Of a stretch of DNA of 52,001 bases, positions 1 to 10,787 are shown one piece after another. Origin of the DNA: an uncultured bacterium (GTDB lineage: Bacteria; Armatimonadota; Hebobacteria; Hebobacterales; Hebobacteraceae); assembly GCA_964385645.1 (NCBI GenBank), contig CAYLPT010000139.1, forward strand, positions 1 through 52,001, written 5' to 3'. The position numbers and the translations under genes were made by a program. Positions within the stretch are counted from its first letter, which is position 1, and each line of letters opens with the position of its first letter. The notes under the pieces were generated by a model that saw only the letters and a program-made list of their open reading frames with translations, did not search any database and was not told the DNA's origin.

Positions 1-492
1 CATCCCACCACCGCCTGCCCCCATGCCGCCGCGCATGCCCGCGCCCGCGCCACCGCGCGCACCGGCGCCGGCCGCGCCCGGCTGCGCGGCTCGTCCGCGC
101 TGCTCTCGCGCGCGCTCCCGCATCTCCCTGGTGCGCCTGACTTGGGCGGGCAGGAGGCGCAGGTCGAGGTAGCCGTGGCCGGACTGGAGGAACTCCTCGA
201 TCTCGACGGGACGGTTCAGGTGCAGCACGATCCCCTGGTAGGGCCCTTGCGAGGTGACCTTGAGGACCTCGGGGCCGATGTAGGACTGCTCGTGGACCGA
301 CTCGGCCTTGCCGCTGCCCCAGGGGGTGACCGTGATGCCGCCCGAGTCGCGCGCAAGATCACCCTCATAGATGATCTGCACCTTGTCCGGGCCCACCAGC
401 GAGGCAAGCTGGGCCTGCCCCACTGCGGCGCCGAGGGCCGCCAGCGCGGCGAGCGCGGCGCCCGCCAGCAATACGACGCTGATGCGTGACAT
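1..492 (-). CDS. secreted hypothetical protein, N-terminal part (gene runs off the left edge)
   Basis: Absent from the ORF track because no stop lies in the window. ATG at 492-490 is preceded by GGAAGGTGGAG. My translation is MSRISVVLLAGAALAALAALGAAVGQAQLASLVGPDKVQIIYEGD...: a Sec-type signal peptide, then ordinary composition, then a Gly/Ala/Arg-rich tail. The frame is open to position 1. It starts 35 nt after the hemW stop on the same strand. Confidence 0.5.
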   Translation of the reverse strand, partial: MSRISVVLLAGAALAALAALGAAVGQAQLASLVGPDKVQIIYEGDLARDSGGITVTPWGSGKAESVHEQSYIGPEVLKVTSQGPYQGIVLHLNRPVEIEEFLQSGHGYLDLRLLPAQVRRTREMRERAREQRGRAAQPGAAGAGARGGAGAGMRGGMGAGGGGM

Positions 493-527
493 CGTCTCCA
501 CCTTCCCCCCAGCCCGCCCGTGGCGAG

Positions 528-1763
528 CTAGGCTGCAAACTGCGACAGGGCCTCGTCTGCGACGAGCCACTTGTCGCGCGGGATGCGCAGCCTGCCGTCG
601 GCCGACTGCAGCAACCCCTGCTCGCAGAGCTGCTCGATCTCCGCGCCGAACGCCTCACGGGGGCTCATGCCACACCGGGAGGCGACTTCCTCCTCGGCAA
701 CTCCCTCCGCCAGCCTCAGCCCCAGCATGAGCATCTCTCCCACCCGCCGGCGCCGGCCCAGCCCCTCCGCGACGGCTACCGGCAACACGCCTCGCTCCAC
801 CCACTGAGTATAGACCGCGGCCGACTCCCAGTTGTTCCAGCGCAGCCCCCGCCGGTATGTGTGGGCAGCGGCCCCCAGCCCCAGGTATTCGCCACAGGTC
901 CAGTATCCCCTGTTGTGGCGGCACTGCCGCCCAGGCCGGGCGTAGTTGGAGATCTCGTAGTGCTCATAGCCCTCTTGCTCGAGGGTCTGGGCCGCCAGGG
1001 CGTACATGGCGGCGTACAGATCCTCGTCGGCCGGGGCGGCGCGTCGCGCCGCCACCTCCTCGGCGAGGGGGGTCCCTGGCTCGATGGTGAGCCCGTAGGC
1101 GGAGACGTGCTCCGGCTCGCAGGCGAGGACCGCCTCGAGGGTGTCCTGCCACTGATGGAGACTCTGGCCGGGTGCGCCATAGATGAGGTCGAGGCTCAGG
1201 TTCTGGCAGCCGGCCTCCCGGATCGCCGATACGGCCTGTCGCGCCTGCTCGGCCGTGTGGGCGCGCCCGAGCGCGCGCAGCACCTCGTCCGAGAAGGACT
1301 GCACGCCAAGGCTGACGCGGTTCACCCCGGCCGCCAGCAGCCGGGCGATATCCTCCTCCGCGACGGTTCCCGGGTTGGCCTCGACGGTGGCCTCGACCTC
1401 CTCCGCCCAGGTGAGGCGGCGACGGAGCCGCGCGACGAGGTCGCAGAGCCACGCCGCCGGGAGCACGGTGGGCGTACCGCCTCCAATGTAGAGGGTGGCC
1501 ACCCGGGCGCCCGCGAACTCAGGCGAGGCGGCGCGCAGGTCGAGCTCGACACCCACGGCCTCCAGGTAGCGCCTGGCGGCGGGCAGCCCGCCGGCCGCCT
1601 GCAGGGGCTCGGAGGCGAAGTCGCAGTAGGGGCACTTGCTCAGGCAGAAGGGGAGGTGGAGGTAGACGCCGAGGCCAGCTGCCTGGCCTCTGTCAGCCCG
1701 CCCCTTACCCCGCGGCTCACTCCGCGATCTTGAGGACGGAGAGGAAGGCCTCCTGCGGGACAT
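528..1763 (-). CDS. hemW: radical SAM heme chaperone HemW (oxygen-independent coproporphyrinogen-III oxidase-like)
   Basis: CxxxCxxC radical-SAM motif in [18 protein letters not shown], plus TLYIGGGTP and [11 protein letters not shown]. Lies directly downstream of lepA, as in Bacillus-type genomes. The only in-frame start is ATG 1763, which overlaps the lepA end by 47 nt. Confidence 0.9.
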   Translation of the reverse strand: MSRRRPSSPSSRSRSEPRGKGRADRGQAAGLGVYLHLPFCLSKCPYCDFASEPLQAAGGLPAARRYLEAVGVELDLRAASPEFAGARVATLYIGGGTPTVLPAAWLCDLVARLRRRLTWAEEVEATVEANPGTVAEEDIARLLAAGVNRVSLGVQSFSDEVLRALGRAHTAEQARQAVSAIREAGCQNLSLDLIYGAPGQSLHQWQDTLEAVLACEPEHVSAYGLTIEPGTPLAEEVAARRAAPADEDLYAAMYALAAQTLEQEGYEHYEISNYARPGRQCRHNRGYWTCGEYLGLGAAAHTYRRGLRWNNWESAAVYTQWVERGVLPVAVAEGLGRRRRVGEMLMLGLRLAEGVAEEEVASRCGMSPREAFGAEIEQLCEQGLLQSADGRLRIPRDKWLVADEALSQFAA

Positions 1764-3525
1764 TGACCTTGCCGATCTGGCGCATGCGTTTCTTGCCGGC
1801 CTTCTGCCTCTCGAGCAGCTTGCGCTTCCGGGTCACGTCTCCGCCATAGCACTTCGCGGTCACGTTCTTGCGCAGGGGCGCGATCCGCTCTGAGGCGATG
1901 ATCCGGGAGCCCAGCGCGGCCTGGAGGCGAATCTCGAACATCTGCCGCTTGAGGGCCTTGCGCAGGCGCTCCACGAGCAGCCGGCCCCGCCGCTGGGCCT
2001 CCGAGCGATGGGTGATCACCGACAGCGCGTCCACCGGGTCGCCGTTGATCATCACCTCCAGCTTCACCAGGTCGGACTCGCGGTGGCCGATGATCTCATA
2101 GTCGAGGGAGGCATAGCCGCGGCTGCGCGACTTGAGCTGGTCGAAGAAGTCGAGCAGGATCTCCGAGAGCGGCAGCACGTAGCTGATCACCACCCGGTCG
2201 GTGTGGGAGTGCTCCATGGAGTGGTACTCGCCCCGGCGGTCCTCGCAGAGCTCGATGCAAGGGCCGACGTGGGCCGCGGGGGTCATGATGGTGACCCGGA
2301 CGAAGGGCTCCTCGATGCGGGTGATGTGGTCCTGGGGAGGGAGCTTCGCGGGACTGTCCACCTCCAGGGTCTCGCCCTGCCGGGTGTGGACTCGGTAGAC
2401 GACGCTGGGGGCGGTGGCGATGAGGTCGAGGCCGTACTCGCGCTCGAGTCGCTCCTGGACGATCTCCATGTGCAGCAGGCCCAGGAAGCCGCAGCGGAAC
2501 CCGAAGCCCAGGGCGGCCGAGGTCTCGGGCTGATAGGAGAGCGCGGCGTCGTTGAGGCTGAGGCGCTCGAGCGCGCTGCGCAGCAGGGGGTAGTGCTCGT
2601 TCTCCGAGGGGTAGATGCCGCAGAAGACCACCGGCTTCGCGGGCCGGTAGCCGGGCAAGGGCCGGTCGGCCGGGCGGCTGGCGTCGGTGATGGTGTCTCC
2701 GACACGGGCCTGGCCGATGTCCTTGATGCCCGCGATCACGTAGCCGACGGAGCCCGCGGACAGCTCGTCAATGGGCTCGAGCCCGAGGCGGAAGATGCCC
2801 ACCTCCTGGACCTCGAAGCGCCGGCCGGTGGCCATCATCTGGATGGTCATGCCGGGGCGGAGGCGGCCGCTGCGGAGCCGCACATAGCAGACGATGCCGC
2901 GGTGGGGGTCGAAGTGGGAGTCAAAGATGAGCGCCTGGGTGGGGGCCTCGGGGTCGCCCTCCGGGGGAGGGATACGCTGGACGATGGCCTCAAGGACCTC
3001 CTCGACACCGGTGCCGAGCTTGGCGCTGGCGAGCACGGCCTGGTCGGCATCGAGGCCGACGATCTCCTCCAGCTCCACGCGGGCGCGCTCGACGGAGGCG
3101 TTGGGCAGGTCAATCTTGTTGATGACAGGGATGATCTCGAGTCCCTGGTCTATGGCGAGGTGTGCGTTGGCGACGGTCTGGGCCTCGACTCCCTGGGCGG
3201 CGTCCACAACGAGGACCGCGCCCTCGGCGGCGGCGAGGCTGCGGGAGACCTCGTAGGTGAAGTCCACGTGGCCCGGGGTGTCAATCAGGTTGAGGGTATA
3301 CTCCTGCCCGTCGCGGGCCCGGTAGGTGAGCCGGATGGCGCTGGCCTTGATGGTGATGCCGCGCTCGCGCTCGAGGTCCATCTGGTCGAGGACCTGCTCC
3401 CGCATCTCCCGCGCGCCGAGGGCGTGGGTGAGGTCGAGGATGCGGTCAGCGAGCGTAGACTTGCCGTGGTTGATGTGGGCGATGATGCAGAAGTTGCGTA
3501 TTCTCTCGCGGGGCGCGCTCGACAT
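1717..3525 (-). CDS. lepA: translation elongation factor 4 (LepA)
   Basis: GTPase motifs [20 protein letters not shown] and NKIDL. Full-length 602 aa with LepA C-terminal region. ATG 3525 follows AGGAAAACC. Confidence 0.97.
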   Translation of the reverse strand: MSSAPRERIRNFCIIAHINHGKSTLADRILDLTHALGAREMREQVLDQMDLERERGITIKASAIRLTYRARDGQEYTLNLIDTPGHVDFTYEVSRSLAAAEGAVLVVDAAQGVEAQTVANAHLAIDQGLEIIPVINKIDLPNASVERARVELEEIVGLDADQAVLASAKLGTGVEEVLEAIVQRIPPPEGDPEAPTQALIFDSHFDPHRGIVCYVRLRSGRLRPGMTIQMMATGRRFEVQEVGIFRLGLEPIDELSAGSVGYVIAGIKDIGQARVGDTITDASRPADRPLPGYRPAKPVVFCGIYPSENEHYPLLRSALERLSLNDAALSYQPETSAALGFGFRCGFLGLLHMEIVQERLEREYGLDLIATAPSVVYRVHTRQGETLEVDSPAKLPPQDHITRIEEPFVRVTIMTPAAHVGPCIELCEDRRGEYHSMEHSHTDRVVISYVLPLSEILLDFFDQLKSRSRGYASLDYEIIGHRESDLVKLEVMINGDPVDALSVITHRSEAQRRGRLLVERLRKALKRQMFEIRLQAALGSRIIASERIAPLRKNVTAKCYGGDVTRKRKLLERQKAGKKRMRQIGKVNVPQEAFLSVLKIAE

Positions 3526-3532
3526 GGTTTTC

Positions 3533-5209
3533 CTAGCTCACCGGCGCGGCCTGCTTCGCCGCAGGCCCACGCCGCAGAATGCTCACCAAGCTGCCCAGCT
3601 CCTCCGCGCCGAGCAGCCGCAGCGCCGCCACGTAGGCCAATCCCCCCGCGCCCAGGCTCAGCGTCACCTGCACCCCCACCGCCGAGATGGGCGCCGCTGC
3701 AGCGGGCCCCGCGCCCGCGGCATCAATGGGCGGCGCGGAGGCGAGGAACTCTGTCGCCGGCACGCCCAGCCAGCCGCCCGACCACCGCGATACCACCAGC
3801 GCCGCCGCGCCCAGCGCCACCGAGGCCGCCGCCACGCGCGCGAACGAGGAGGCGATGGCCCGTCCGTCCACCCCTCCCAGCCGACGCCGCAGGAGCTCGA
3901 ACATCACCACCAGGCCCAGGCTCGTGCCGACCGAGGTGGCGGCCGCGATGGCCGCGTACTGAAGGCGGGTGCGCATCAGCGCCACCGCCAGCGCCACGAT
4001 CACGACAGTATACCCGGCCCCAACCAGCGGCGGCACCCTCACCTCCCGCAGCGAGTAGAAGGCGCGGTTGACCAGCTGGAGCCCGGCCAGCCCGATCAGC
4101 GCGGCCGCGTAGAACACCAGGCAGAAGGTGGCCGCGCGCACCGCCGTCTCGCCGAACTCGCCGCTGCGCCACAGCAGCCTGACGATGGGGCCGGCCAGCA
4201 CGACCAGGGCGGCCGCGCTCGGCACCGACAGCAGGAACACGGCCCGCAGGGCGGCCGAGAAGGTGCGGCGGAACTCGGCCAGCTCGCCGGCGGCGACGCG
4301 CTCGGCCAGGGTGGGGAAGGCCGCTGTCGAGATGGCGACGCCGAATAGCCCCAGGGGGAGCACCACCAGGCGATTGGCGTAGCGCAGGCTCGTGACCCCC
4401 TGGGGGAAGTAGGAGCCGAAGAAGCTGGGCAGCCAGAGCAGGCAGATCTGAGTGAAGGCGAGCCCCGCCATGTAGGGCAGGAAGAGCCGGATGACGCTGC
4501 GCACCGTCGGGTCGCCGAGGTCCAGCGCGGGGCGGTAGCGGAAGCCGCGGGCGGCCAGTGATGGTCCCTGGACGACGACCAGCAGCGCGGCGCCGACCAC
4601 CACCCCGACCGACAGCACGACCAGGCCCGCCGGGTCGCCAGGGTAGCGGTTGACGGCCAGCCCCCCGAGCATGGCGCCGCCGATGATGCCGAAGTTGTAG
4701 ACCAGCCACGCGGCGGCCGGCGCCGTGAAGTGCTTGTGGGACTGGAGCAGGGCGGTGAAGAGCGCGCTGAGCACGGTGAAGATGACCATCGGCGAGATGA
4801 TGCGCACGTAGCTGGCGCACTCGGCGGCCGCCGCGGGGTCGCGGCGGATGAAGCCGGGCGCGACGAGCATCACCAGCACAGGGGCAAAGAGCGCGATCAG
4901 CGCCACCCCCGCCGCGGCCACCAGCGCCAGCAGCGTCACCAGCGTGTTGGCGGCCCGCCAGCTCCGCTCCTCGTCGCCGCCCCGCAGCAGCCCCGCGAAC
5001 ACCGGGATCACCGCCGCGCCGAGCGCACCGCCGGCGAGCAGGTAGTACAGCAGGTCCGGGACCATGAAGGCGGCCCAGTAGGCGTCGGTGTGCGAGGAGC
5101 TGCCCCAGAAGTGCCCGATGGCGCGGTCGCGCACCCACCCCAGCAGCCGGCTGAAGAGGGTGGCGACCATCATGATGGTCGCCCCCGTGACGATGCTCTG
5201 CTTCTTCAC
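3533..5209 (-). CDS. murJ: lipid II flippase MurJ/MviN
   Basis: Polytopic membrane protein with the MurJ N-terminus ...[21 protein letters not shown]. The track ORF starts at TTG 5245. I prefer the in-frame GTG 5209 because a TTGCCA-N18-TATAAT promoter lies inside the extension and the N-terminal length then matches MurJ. Confidence 0.88.
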   Translation of the reverse strand: MKKQSIVTGATIMMVATLFSRLLGWVRDRAIGHFWGSSSHTDAYWAAFMVPDLLYYLLAGGALGAAVIPVFAGLLRGGDEERSWRAANTLVTLLALVAAAGVALIALFAPVLVMLVAPGFIRRDPAAAAECASYVRIISPMVIFTVLSALFTALLQSHKHFTAPAAAWLVYNFGIIGGAMLGGLAVNRYPGDPAGLVVLSVGVVVGAALLVVVQGPSLAARGFRYRPALDLGDPTVRSVIRLFLPYMAGLAFTQICLLWLPSFFGSYFPQGVTSLRYANRLVVLPLGLFGVAISTAAFPTLAERVAAGELAEFRRTFSAALRAVFLLSVPSAAALVVLAGPIVRLLWRSGEFGETAVRAATFCLVFYAAALIGLAGLQLVNRAFYSLREVRVPPLVGAGYTVVIVALAVALMRTRLQYAAIAAATSVGTSLGLVVMFELLRRRLGGVDGRAIASSFARVAAASVALGAAALVVSRWSGGWLGVPATEFLASAPPIDAAGAGPAAAAPISAVGVQVTLSLGAGGLAYVAALRLLGAEELGSLVSILRRGPAAKQAAPVS

Positions 5210-5215
5210 AGCCGC

Positions 5216-5245
5216 ATTATAGCGACGGGGCCAACCCTCTGGCAA
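5216..5245 (-). promoter_or_regulatory. murJ promoter TTGCCA-N18-TATAAT
   Basis: The minus strand has TTGCCA (5245-5240) and TATAAT (5221-5216). GTG 5209 begins 6 nt after the -10. Confidence 0.45.
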
Positions 5246-5313
5246 GCGGGAAGGAGCCCAAGGGGCCGGCTCCGAAAGTGAGCGGGGCGGCGCGAGCGGT
5301 CGGGGAGGCCAAG

Positions 5314-6072
5314 GTGGTAAGGGTAATCCCGTGCCTGGACATCAAAGAGGGGCGGGTCGTCAAGGGGGTCCACTTCGTGGGCCTGAGGGACGCGGCCGAT
5401 CCGGTGGCGGCGGCCAGGGCATACTCCGAGGGCGGCGCGGACGAGATCGCCTTCCTCGACATCACGGCCACGGTCGAGGGGCGCCGGACGATGTTCGACG
5501 TCGTCGCGCGGGTGGCGGCGGTGGTGGAGGCGCCCCTCACCGTCGGTGGGGGGATCAGGTCCCTGGAGGATGTCGAGCAGGCGCTCAATGTAGGGGCGAG
5601 CAAGGTTTCGATTTCCAGCGCGGCATTCCGCGATCCGCAGCTCGTGCGCCGCGCGGCCGAGCGCTTCGGCTCGGCGCGGATCGTCGTCGCGATAGACGCG
5701 GATGCGAACCCAGCCCTGCCCTCCGGGCGGGAGGTGTACGTGGACGGCGGCAGGACGCCCACGGGCCGGGACGCAGTCGAGTTCGCGCGGGAGACGGCCG
5801 CCCTCGGGGCCGGGGAGCTACTGCCGACCAGCAAGGCGACCGATGGCACGACCGACGGGTATGACATCGCGCTGACTCGCGCCATCGCCGACGCTACCGG
5901 GCTGCCCGTGATCGCCAGCGGCGGCGCGGGCAAGCTGGAGCACTTCTACGAGGCCGTCGTCGAAGGACACGCCTCGGCCGTGCTGGCGGCCTCGGTATTC
6001 CACTTCGGCGCCCTCACCATACGGCAGGTGAAGGACTACCTGAGCTCCCGAGGCGTGGAGGTGAGGCGGTGA
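5314..6072 (+). CDS. hisF: imidazole glycerol phosphate synthase cyclase subunit HisF
   Basis: VIPCLDIKEGRVVKGV..., LDITAT..., VGGGIRS..., IASGGAG signature blocks. GTG 5314 has GGAGG 5 nt upstream; the alternative start is GTG 5278 (track ORF). No other his genes are nearby. Confidence 0.92.
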   Translation: MVRVIPCLDIKEGRVVKGVHFVGLRDAADPVAAARAYSEGGADEIAFLDITATVEGRRTMFDVVARVAAVVEAPLTVGGGIRSLEDVEQALNVGASKVSISSAAFRDPQLVRRAAERFGSARIVVAIDADANPALPSGREVYVDGGRTPTGRDAVEFARETAALGAGELLPTSKATDGTTDGYDIALTRAIADATGLPVIASGGAGKLEHFYEAVVEGHASAVLAASVFHFGALTIRQVKDYLSSRGVEVRR

Positions 6073-6127
6073 CGGGGCGGGCCGGCGCGGGCCGGCCCGC
6101 GGAGTGCGACATGCCAGGAGGCCGACG

Positions 6128-8761
6128 ATGGGAAAGCGCTCACTCACACTCGTGGGGGCCGTGCTGATGGCCCTCGGCTCCTCGGGCGCGGCGCGCGCCG
6201 CCGAACCCTTCCCCTTCGTCATCCCGTGGGATGACGGCTCGCCGACGGTGGTGGACGTCTCGGCGCTCAACCCCGCGCCGCTGGACGACTCCCGCCGCAT
6301 CACCATCCGCGACGGCCGCTTCTACGACCAGACGGGCCGGCGGGTCCGCTTCCTGGGGGTGAACTTCTGCGCCGGGGGCTGCTTCCCGACCAAGGAGAAC
6401 GCGCAGATCGTCGCCCGGCGGCTCCGCAAGTACGGCGTCAACGCCGTCCGCCTCCACCACATGGACGCCTCCTGGGCCTCGCCCAACATCTTCTATATCG
6501 AGGGACACTCCTACGGTAAGCCGACCGACCGGCTCGACCCCGAGAGCCTGGACCGGCTAGACTACTTCATCTACCAGCTCAAGCGCAACGGCATCTACGT
6601 AGACATCAACCTCCACGTCTCCCGGGAGTTCATCGAGGCCGATGGGTTCCCGGACGCGGATCAGCTACCCTACGGCTCCAAGGTGGTGGGCTACTTCGTG
6701 CCTGACATGATCGCGCGCCAGAAGCAGTACGCCGAGCAGCTCCTCACCCACCGCAACCCCTACACCGGGAACCGCTATGTGGACGAGCCGGCGGTGGCCC
6801 TGATCGAGATCACCAACGAGCACTCGCTGCTCGCCTCCGCCCACGAGATCCCCCGGCTGCCCGAGTACTACCAGACCCTGCTCGGGGCCGGCTGGAACGA
6901 GTTCCTGCGGGAGCGGTACGGCTCGACCGAGCGACTGCTCGAGGCCTGGAACGCGGAGGCCATCCCCCTGGGGGACAACATCCTGCGCAACCCGCGCTTG
7001 CTGGACGGCACCACGGCCTGGTCCCTGGAGACCCATGCGGCCACCTCCGCCCGCATGACGGCCGAGGAGGTCAGCGGCGCCGGCGATCTGCCGCCGGGGC
7101 GCGCGCTGCGCCTGTCGGAGCTGCAGATCGGCGACACCGACTGGCACCTTCAGCTCCATCAGACCGGCCTCGACTTCGAGCCCGGCCGGCTCTACACGGT
7201 CTCCTTCGCCGCCCGCTCGCCGGCCCAGCGGTGGATTCACCTCAACGCGCGGCTGGACCATGCGCCCTGGACCGTCATCGGGCTCGACACCCAGGTACGG
7301 CTGGTGCCGGAGTGGCGGCGGTACCAGTTCAGTTTCACGGCACGCGGAAGCGTCCCCGGCCGGAACCGCCTCTCCTTCGTGCTCGGCGGAGACGAGGGCG
7401 AGGTCTGGCTCGCCGATCTGTCGGTGCGGCCGGGCGGAGGAGCGGTGGAGCTGGCGGCGGGGGAGTCGCTGGAGGCGGGGACAATTCCACTGGCTGAGCT
7501 GGCCGCCACCCCGCAGGGGCGCGACTATGCGGAGTATCTGATCGAGGTCGAGCGCCAGTTCACCCGGGAGATGCACGACTTCATCAAGGACACCCTGGGC
7601 GCGCAGGCGCCGGTGACCTGCACGCAGGCCAGCTATGGAGGCGTCGGAGGGCTGTGGCGGGAGGCGCAGCTCGACTGGGTGGACATGCACTCCTACTGGC
7701 AGCACCCCTGGTTCCCGAACCGCCCGTGGGACAGCAACGATTACCGCATCGGCAACACCGCGATGGTGCGTGACCCACACGGCGGCACGCTGGACGGGCT
7801 GGCGATGTATCGCGCGGCGGGCAAGCCATTCACCGTCTCGGAGTACGACCACCCGGCGCCCAGCGAGTACGCGGCCGAGTCGGTCCCGATGATCTTCAGC
7901 TTCGCCGCCTGGCAGGACTGGGACGGCGTCTTCCTCTTCGACTACCACGGCGATGACACCGGCTGGGACCGAGACCGCATCGCCGGCTTCTTCGACCACG
8001 CGGCCCACCCGGGCAAGCACGCCTTCTTCCCCGCGGCGGCCCAGATGTTCCTGCGCGGCTGCGTCGCGCCCGCGCCCGAAGTGCAGACGCTGCTGGTGCC
8101 CGAGGGCCGGGTCGCGGAGCTGACGGCGGAGAGGGCCGGCCAGTTCTGGGAGCGCGCGGCGGAGAGCGGGGAGACGGTGTCGCGGCGGGACCTGGTGGCG
8201 CGGCGAAGCGCGGTGCGCTTCGTGCCCGGCGACGGGCCGGTGGCCCTGGAGCGCACGCGGGAGCCTGCGGAGCCCGAGACCGAGCTGCGCTGGCAGGCGC
8301 AGGATCCGACGGCCGCGCTCTACACGGTGGATTCGCCCTGCGCGAAGGCGGTGGTGGGATTCCTGGGCGGCCGGTCGGTGGCGTTGGAGGGGCTCACCGT
8401 GGCGATGGAGCCGACAGAGCGGGGGTTCGTCTCGCTGACCCTGACGAGCATGGACGGGCGCCCGGCGGCGGAGTCGGAGTCGCTGCTGCTGACCGTCGTG
8501 GACAAGGTCGAGAACCCGGGGCTGGAGTGGAACGAGGAGCGCACCTTCGCCCGCAACTCCTGGGCCCAGGGGCCGACGATGGCCTACGGCGTCCCTGTGA
8601 CCATCACCCTCGAGACCCGCCTGTCGGCCGCCGAGGTGTGGGCCCTCGACGCCGCCGGGGCGCGCCGGGAGCGCGTGGCGTCCGAGCTGTCGGAGGGCCG
8701 GCTGCGCTTCCGCGCTGGGCCGGAGCACCAGACCCTGTGGTTCGAGATCGCGGGGCGGTGA
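6128..8761 (+). CDS. secreted glycoside hydrolase, GH5-like (beta/alpha)8 domain with an inserted CBM4_9-like module
   Basis: ATG 6128 lies 6 nt after AGGAGG. Signal peptide MGKRSLTLVGAVLMALGSSGAARA. GH5-like blocks GVNAVRLHHMD, ALIEITNEHSLL (acid/base NE) and FTVSEYDHP (nucleophile E). The segment NILRNPRLLDGTTAWSLE...WHLQLHQTGL...VWLADLSVRP resembles a CBM4_9 sandwich. Confidence 0.7.
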   Translation: MGKRSLTLVGAVLMALGSSGAARAAEPFPFVIPWDDGSPTVVDVSALNPAPLDDSRRITIRDGRFYDQTGRRVRFLGVNFCAGGCFPTKENAQIVARRLRKYGVNAVRLHHMDASWASPNIFYIEGHSYGKPTDRLDPESLDRLDYFIYQLKRNGIYVDINLHVSREFIEADGFPDADQLPYGSKVVGYFVPDMIARQKQYAEQLLTHRNPYTGNRYVDEPAVALIEITNEHSLLASAHEIPRLPEYYQTLLGAGWNEFLRERYGSTERLLEAWNAEAIPLGDNILRNPRLLDGTTAWSLETHAATSARMTAEEVSGAGDLPPGRALRLSELQIGDTDWHLQLHQTGLDFEPGRLYTVSFAARSPAQRWIHLNARLDHAPWTVIGLDTQVRLVPEWRRYQFSFTARGSVPGRNRLSFVLGGDEGEVWLADLSVRPGGGAVELAAGESLEAGTIPLAELAATPQGRDYAEYLIEVERQFTREMHDFIKDTLGAQAPVTCTQASYGGVGGLWREAQLDWVDMHSYWQHPWFPNRPWDSNDYRIGNTAMVRDPHGGTLDGLAMYRAAGKPFTVSEYDHPAPSEYAAESVPMIFSFAAWQDWDGVFLFDYHGDDTGWDRDRIAGFFDHAAHPGKHAFFPAAAQMFLRGCVAPAPEVQTLLVPEGRVAELTAERAGQFWERAAESGETVSRRDLVARRSAVRFVPGDGPVALERTREPAEPETELRWQAQDPTAALYTVDSPCAKAVVGFLGGRSVALEGLTVAMEPTERGFVSLTLTSMDGRPAAESESLLLTVVDKVENPGLEWNEERTFARNSWAQGPTMAYGVPVTITLETRLSAAEVWALDAAGARRERVASELSEGRLRFRAGPEHQTLWFEIAGR

Positions 8762-8789
8762 CGCGCGCGGCCCCGGGGCGAGAGAGGTC

Positions 8790-9683
<894 letters not shown>

Positions 9684-9712
9684 CGTGCCTGCGCCGAGGC
9701 CGAGAGACCTCA

Positions 9713-9757
9713 GGACAGGCGCCTGTCTCCTGCCCTACGAAGGACAGAGACAGGCGA
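9713..9757 (+). other. mutually exclusive hairpins in the cysK / URO-D-like intergenic region
   Basis: GGACAGG (9713-9719) and GAGACAGG (9747-9754) can each pair with CCTGTCTC (9722-9729). GACAGGCG is directly repeated at 9715 and 9749. Confidence 0.3.
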
Positions 9758-9770
9758 AGGGAGCGATGGT

Positions 9771-10787
9771 GTGACCAAGCGCGAGGTCGTCAGGTGTGCG
9801 CTGGAGTTCGAGGCGCCGCCCTACGTTCCCTGGGAGATGGGCTTCACGAAGGAGGCGGCCGAGAAGCTGGAGGCGCACTTTGGCCCGGGCAAGCTGGGGG
9901 TGGCGCTGGACAACCACTTCCTGGGCCTGGGGAACGCCGTGGGCTGCTTCACCGAGATCGGCCGCGACCTCTACCAGGACGTCTTCGGCGTGGTGTGGGA
10001 CCGCAGTGTGGACAAGGACATCGGCAATGTGCGCGGGCAGGTGCTGCCAGAGCCGACGCTCAAGGGCTATGACTTCCCCGACCCGCGCGACCCCAGGGCC
10101 ATCGGCGATATCCCCGGCGCGATCGCCCAGCGGCCGGACTGCTTCCGTGTGTTCTCGATCGGCTTCTCGCTCTACGAGCGCGCGTGGACCCTGCGGGGGC
10201 TCGAGCAGTTCATGATGGACTTCCACGACCACCCGAGGTTCGCGCACGAGCTGCTGGAGGCGATCGGCGAGTACAACGTGGCCCAGGTGCGCGAGGCGCT
10301 CAAGTACGACATTGATGCGGTCTACTACGGCGACGACTGGGGCCAGCAGCGGGGCCTGCAGATGGGGCCGAAGGTGTGGCGCGAGTTCATCCGGCCCGTG
10401 CTCGCCCGCATGTACGGGGTCGTCCGAGAGGCGGGCAAGTACGTGATGATCCACTCCTGCGGGGACGTGGACGAGCTGTTCGACGACCTCATCGAGCTGG
10501 GGCTGAGCTGCTTCAACCCCTTCCAGCCCGAGGTGATGGACGTCGAGGCCCTCTTCCGGCGCTACCGCGGCCGGCTCGCCTTCCACGGCGGGCTGTCCAC
10601 CCAGCGCACGCTCCCCTACGGGACGCCGGACGAGGTGCGCGCGGCGACTCGCCGGCTCCTTGAGATGGGGCGCGGCGGCGGCTACATCTTCGCGCCCGCC
10701 CACGCCGTCGAGGGCGACGTGCCGCTGGAGAACATGCTCGCCTTCATCGAGGTGGTCCGGGCCCAGCCTGGCTACGAGGCCGGGTGA
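9771..10787 (+). CDS. uroporphyrinogen decarboxylase (URO-D) family protein, MtaA/CmuA-like
   Basis: 338-aa ORF with URO-D-family layout (...YYGDDWGQQRGLQMGP..., IHSCGDV..., GGYIFAPAHAV...). GTG 9771 is preceded by GAAGGGAG. Exact function is unknown. Confidence 0.7.
   Translation: MTKREVVRCALEFEAPPYVPWEMGFTKEAAEKLEAHFGPGKLGVALDNHFLGLGNAVGCFTEIGRDLYQDVFGVVWDRSVDKDIGNVRGQVLPEPTLKGYDFPDPRDPRAIGDIPGAIAQRPDCFRVFSIGFSLYERAWTLRGLEQFMMDFHDHPRFAHELLEAIGEYNVAQVREALKYDIDAVYYGDDWGQQRGLQMGPKVWREFIRPVLARMYGVVREAGKYVMIHSCGDVDELFDDLIELGLSCFNPFQPEVMDVEALFRRYRGRLAFHGGLSTQRTLPYGTPDEVRAATRRLLEMGRGGGYIFAPAHAVEGDVPLENMLAFIEVVRAQPGYEAG

Noticed and set aside
142-489. 115-aa plus-strand ORF at the left edge
   Set aside because: The opposite strand has an SD plus ATG at 492, a signal peptide and an open frame to the window edge. 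The plus-strand ORF is Gly/Asp/Leu/Val-rich and looks like the mirror of that gene.
950-955. Avoidance of AGATCT or GGATCC sites as a clue to the R-M specificity
   Set aside because: AGATCT occurs at 950 and 15219, and GGATCC occurs near 29706 and 47553. No avoidance is visible at this scale, so specificity cannot be inferred from the window.
2008-4071. 687-aa plus-strand ORF across lepA and murJ
   Set aside because: Antisense shadow. It has low-complexity Ala/Arg/Pro/Gly composition and spans two real genes on the other strand.
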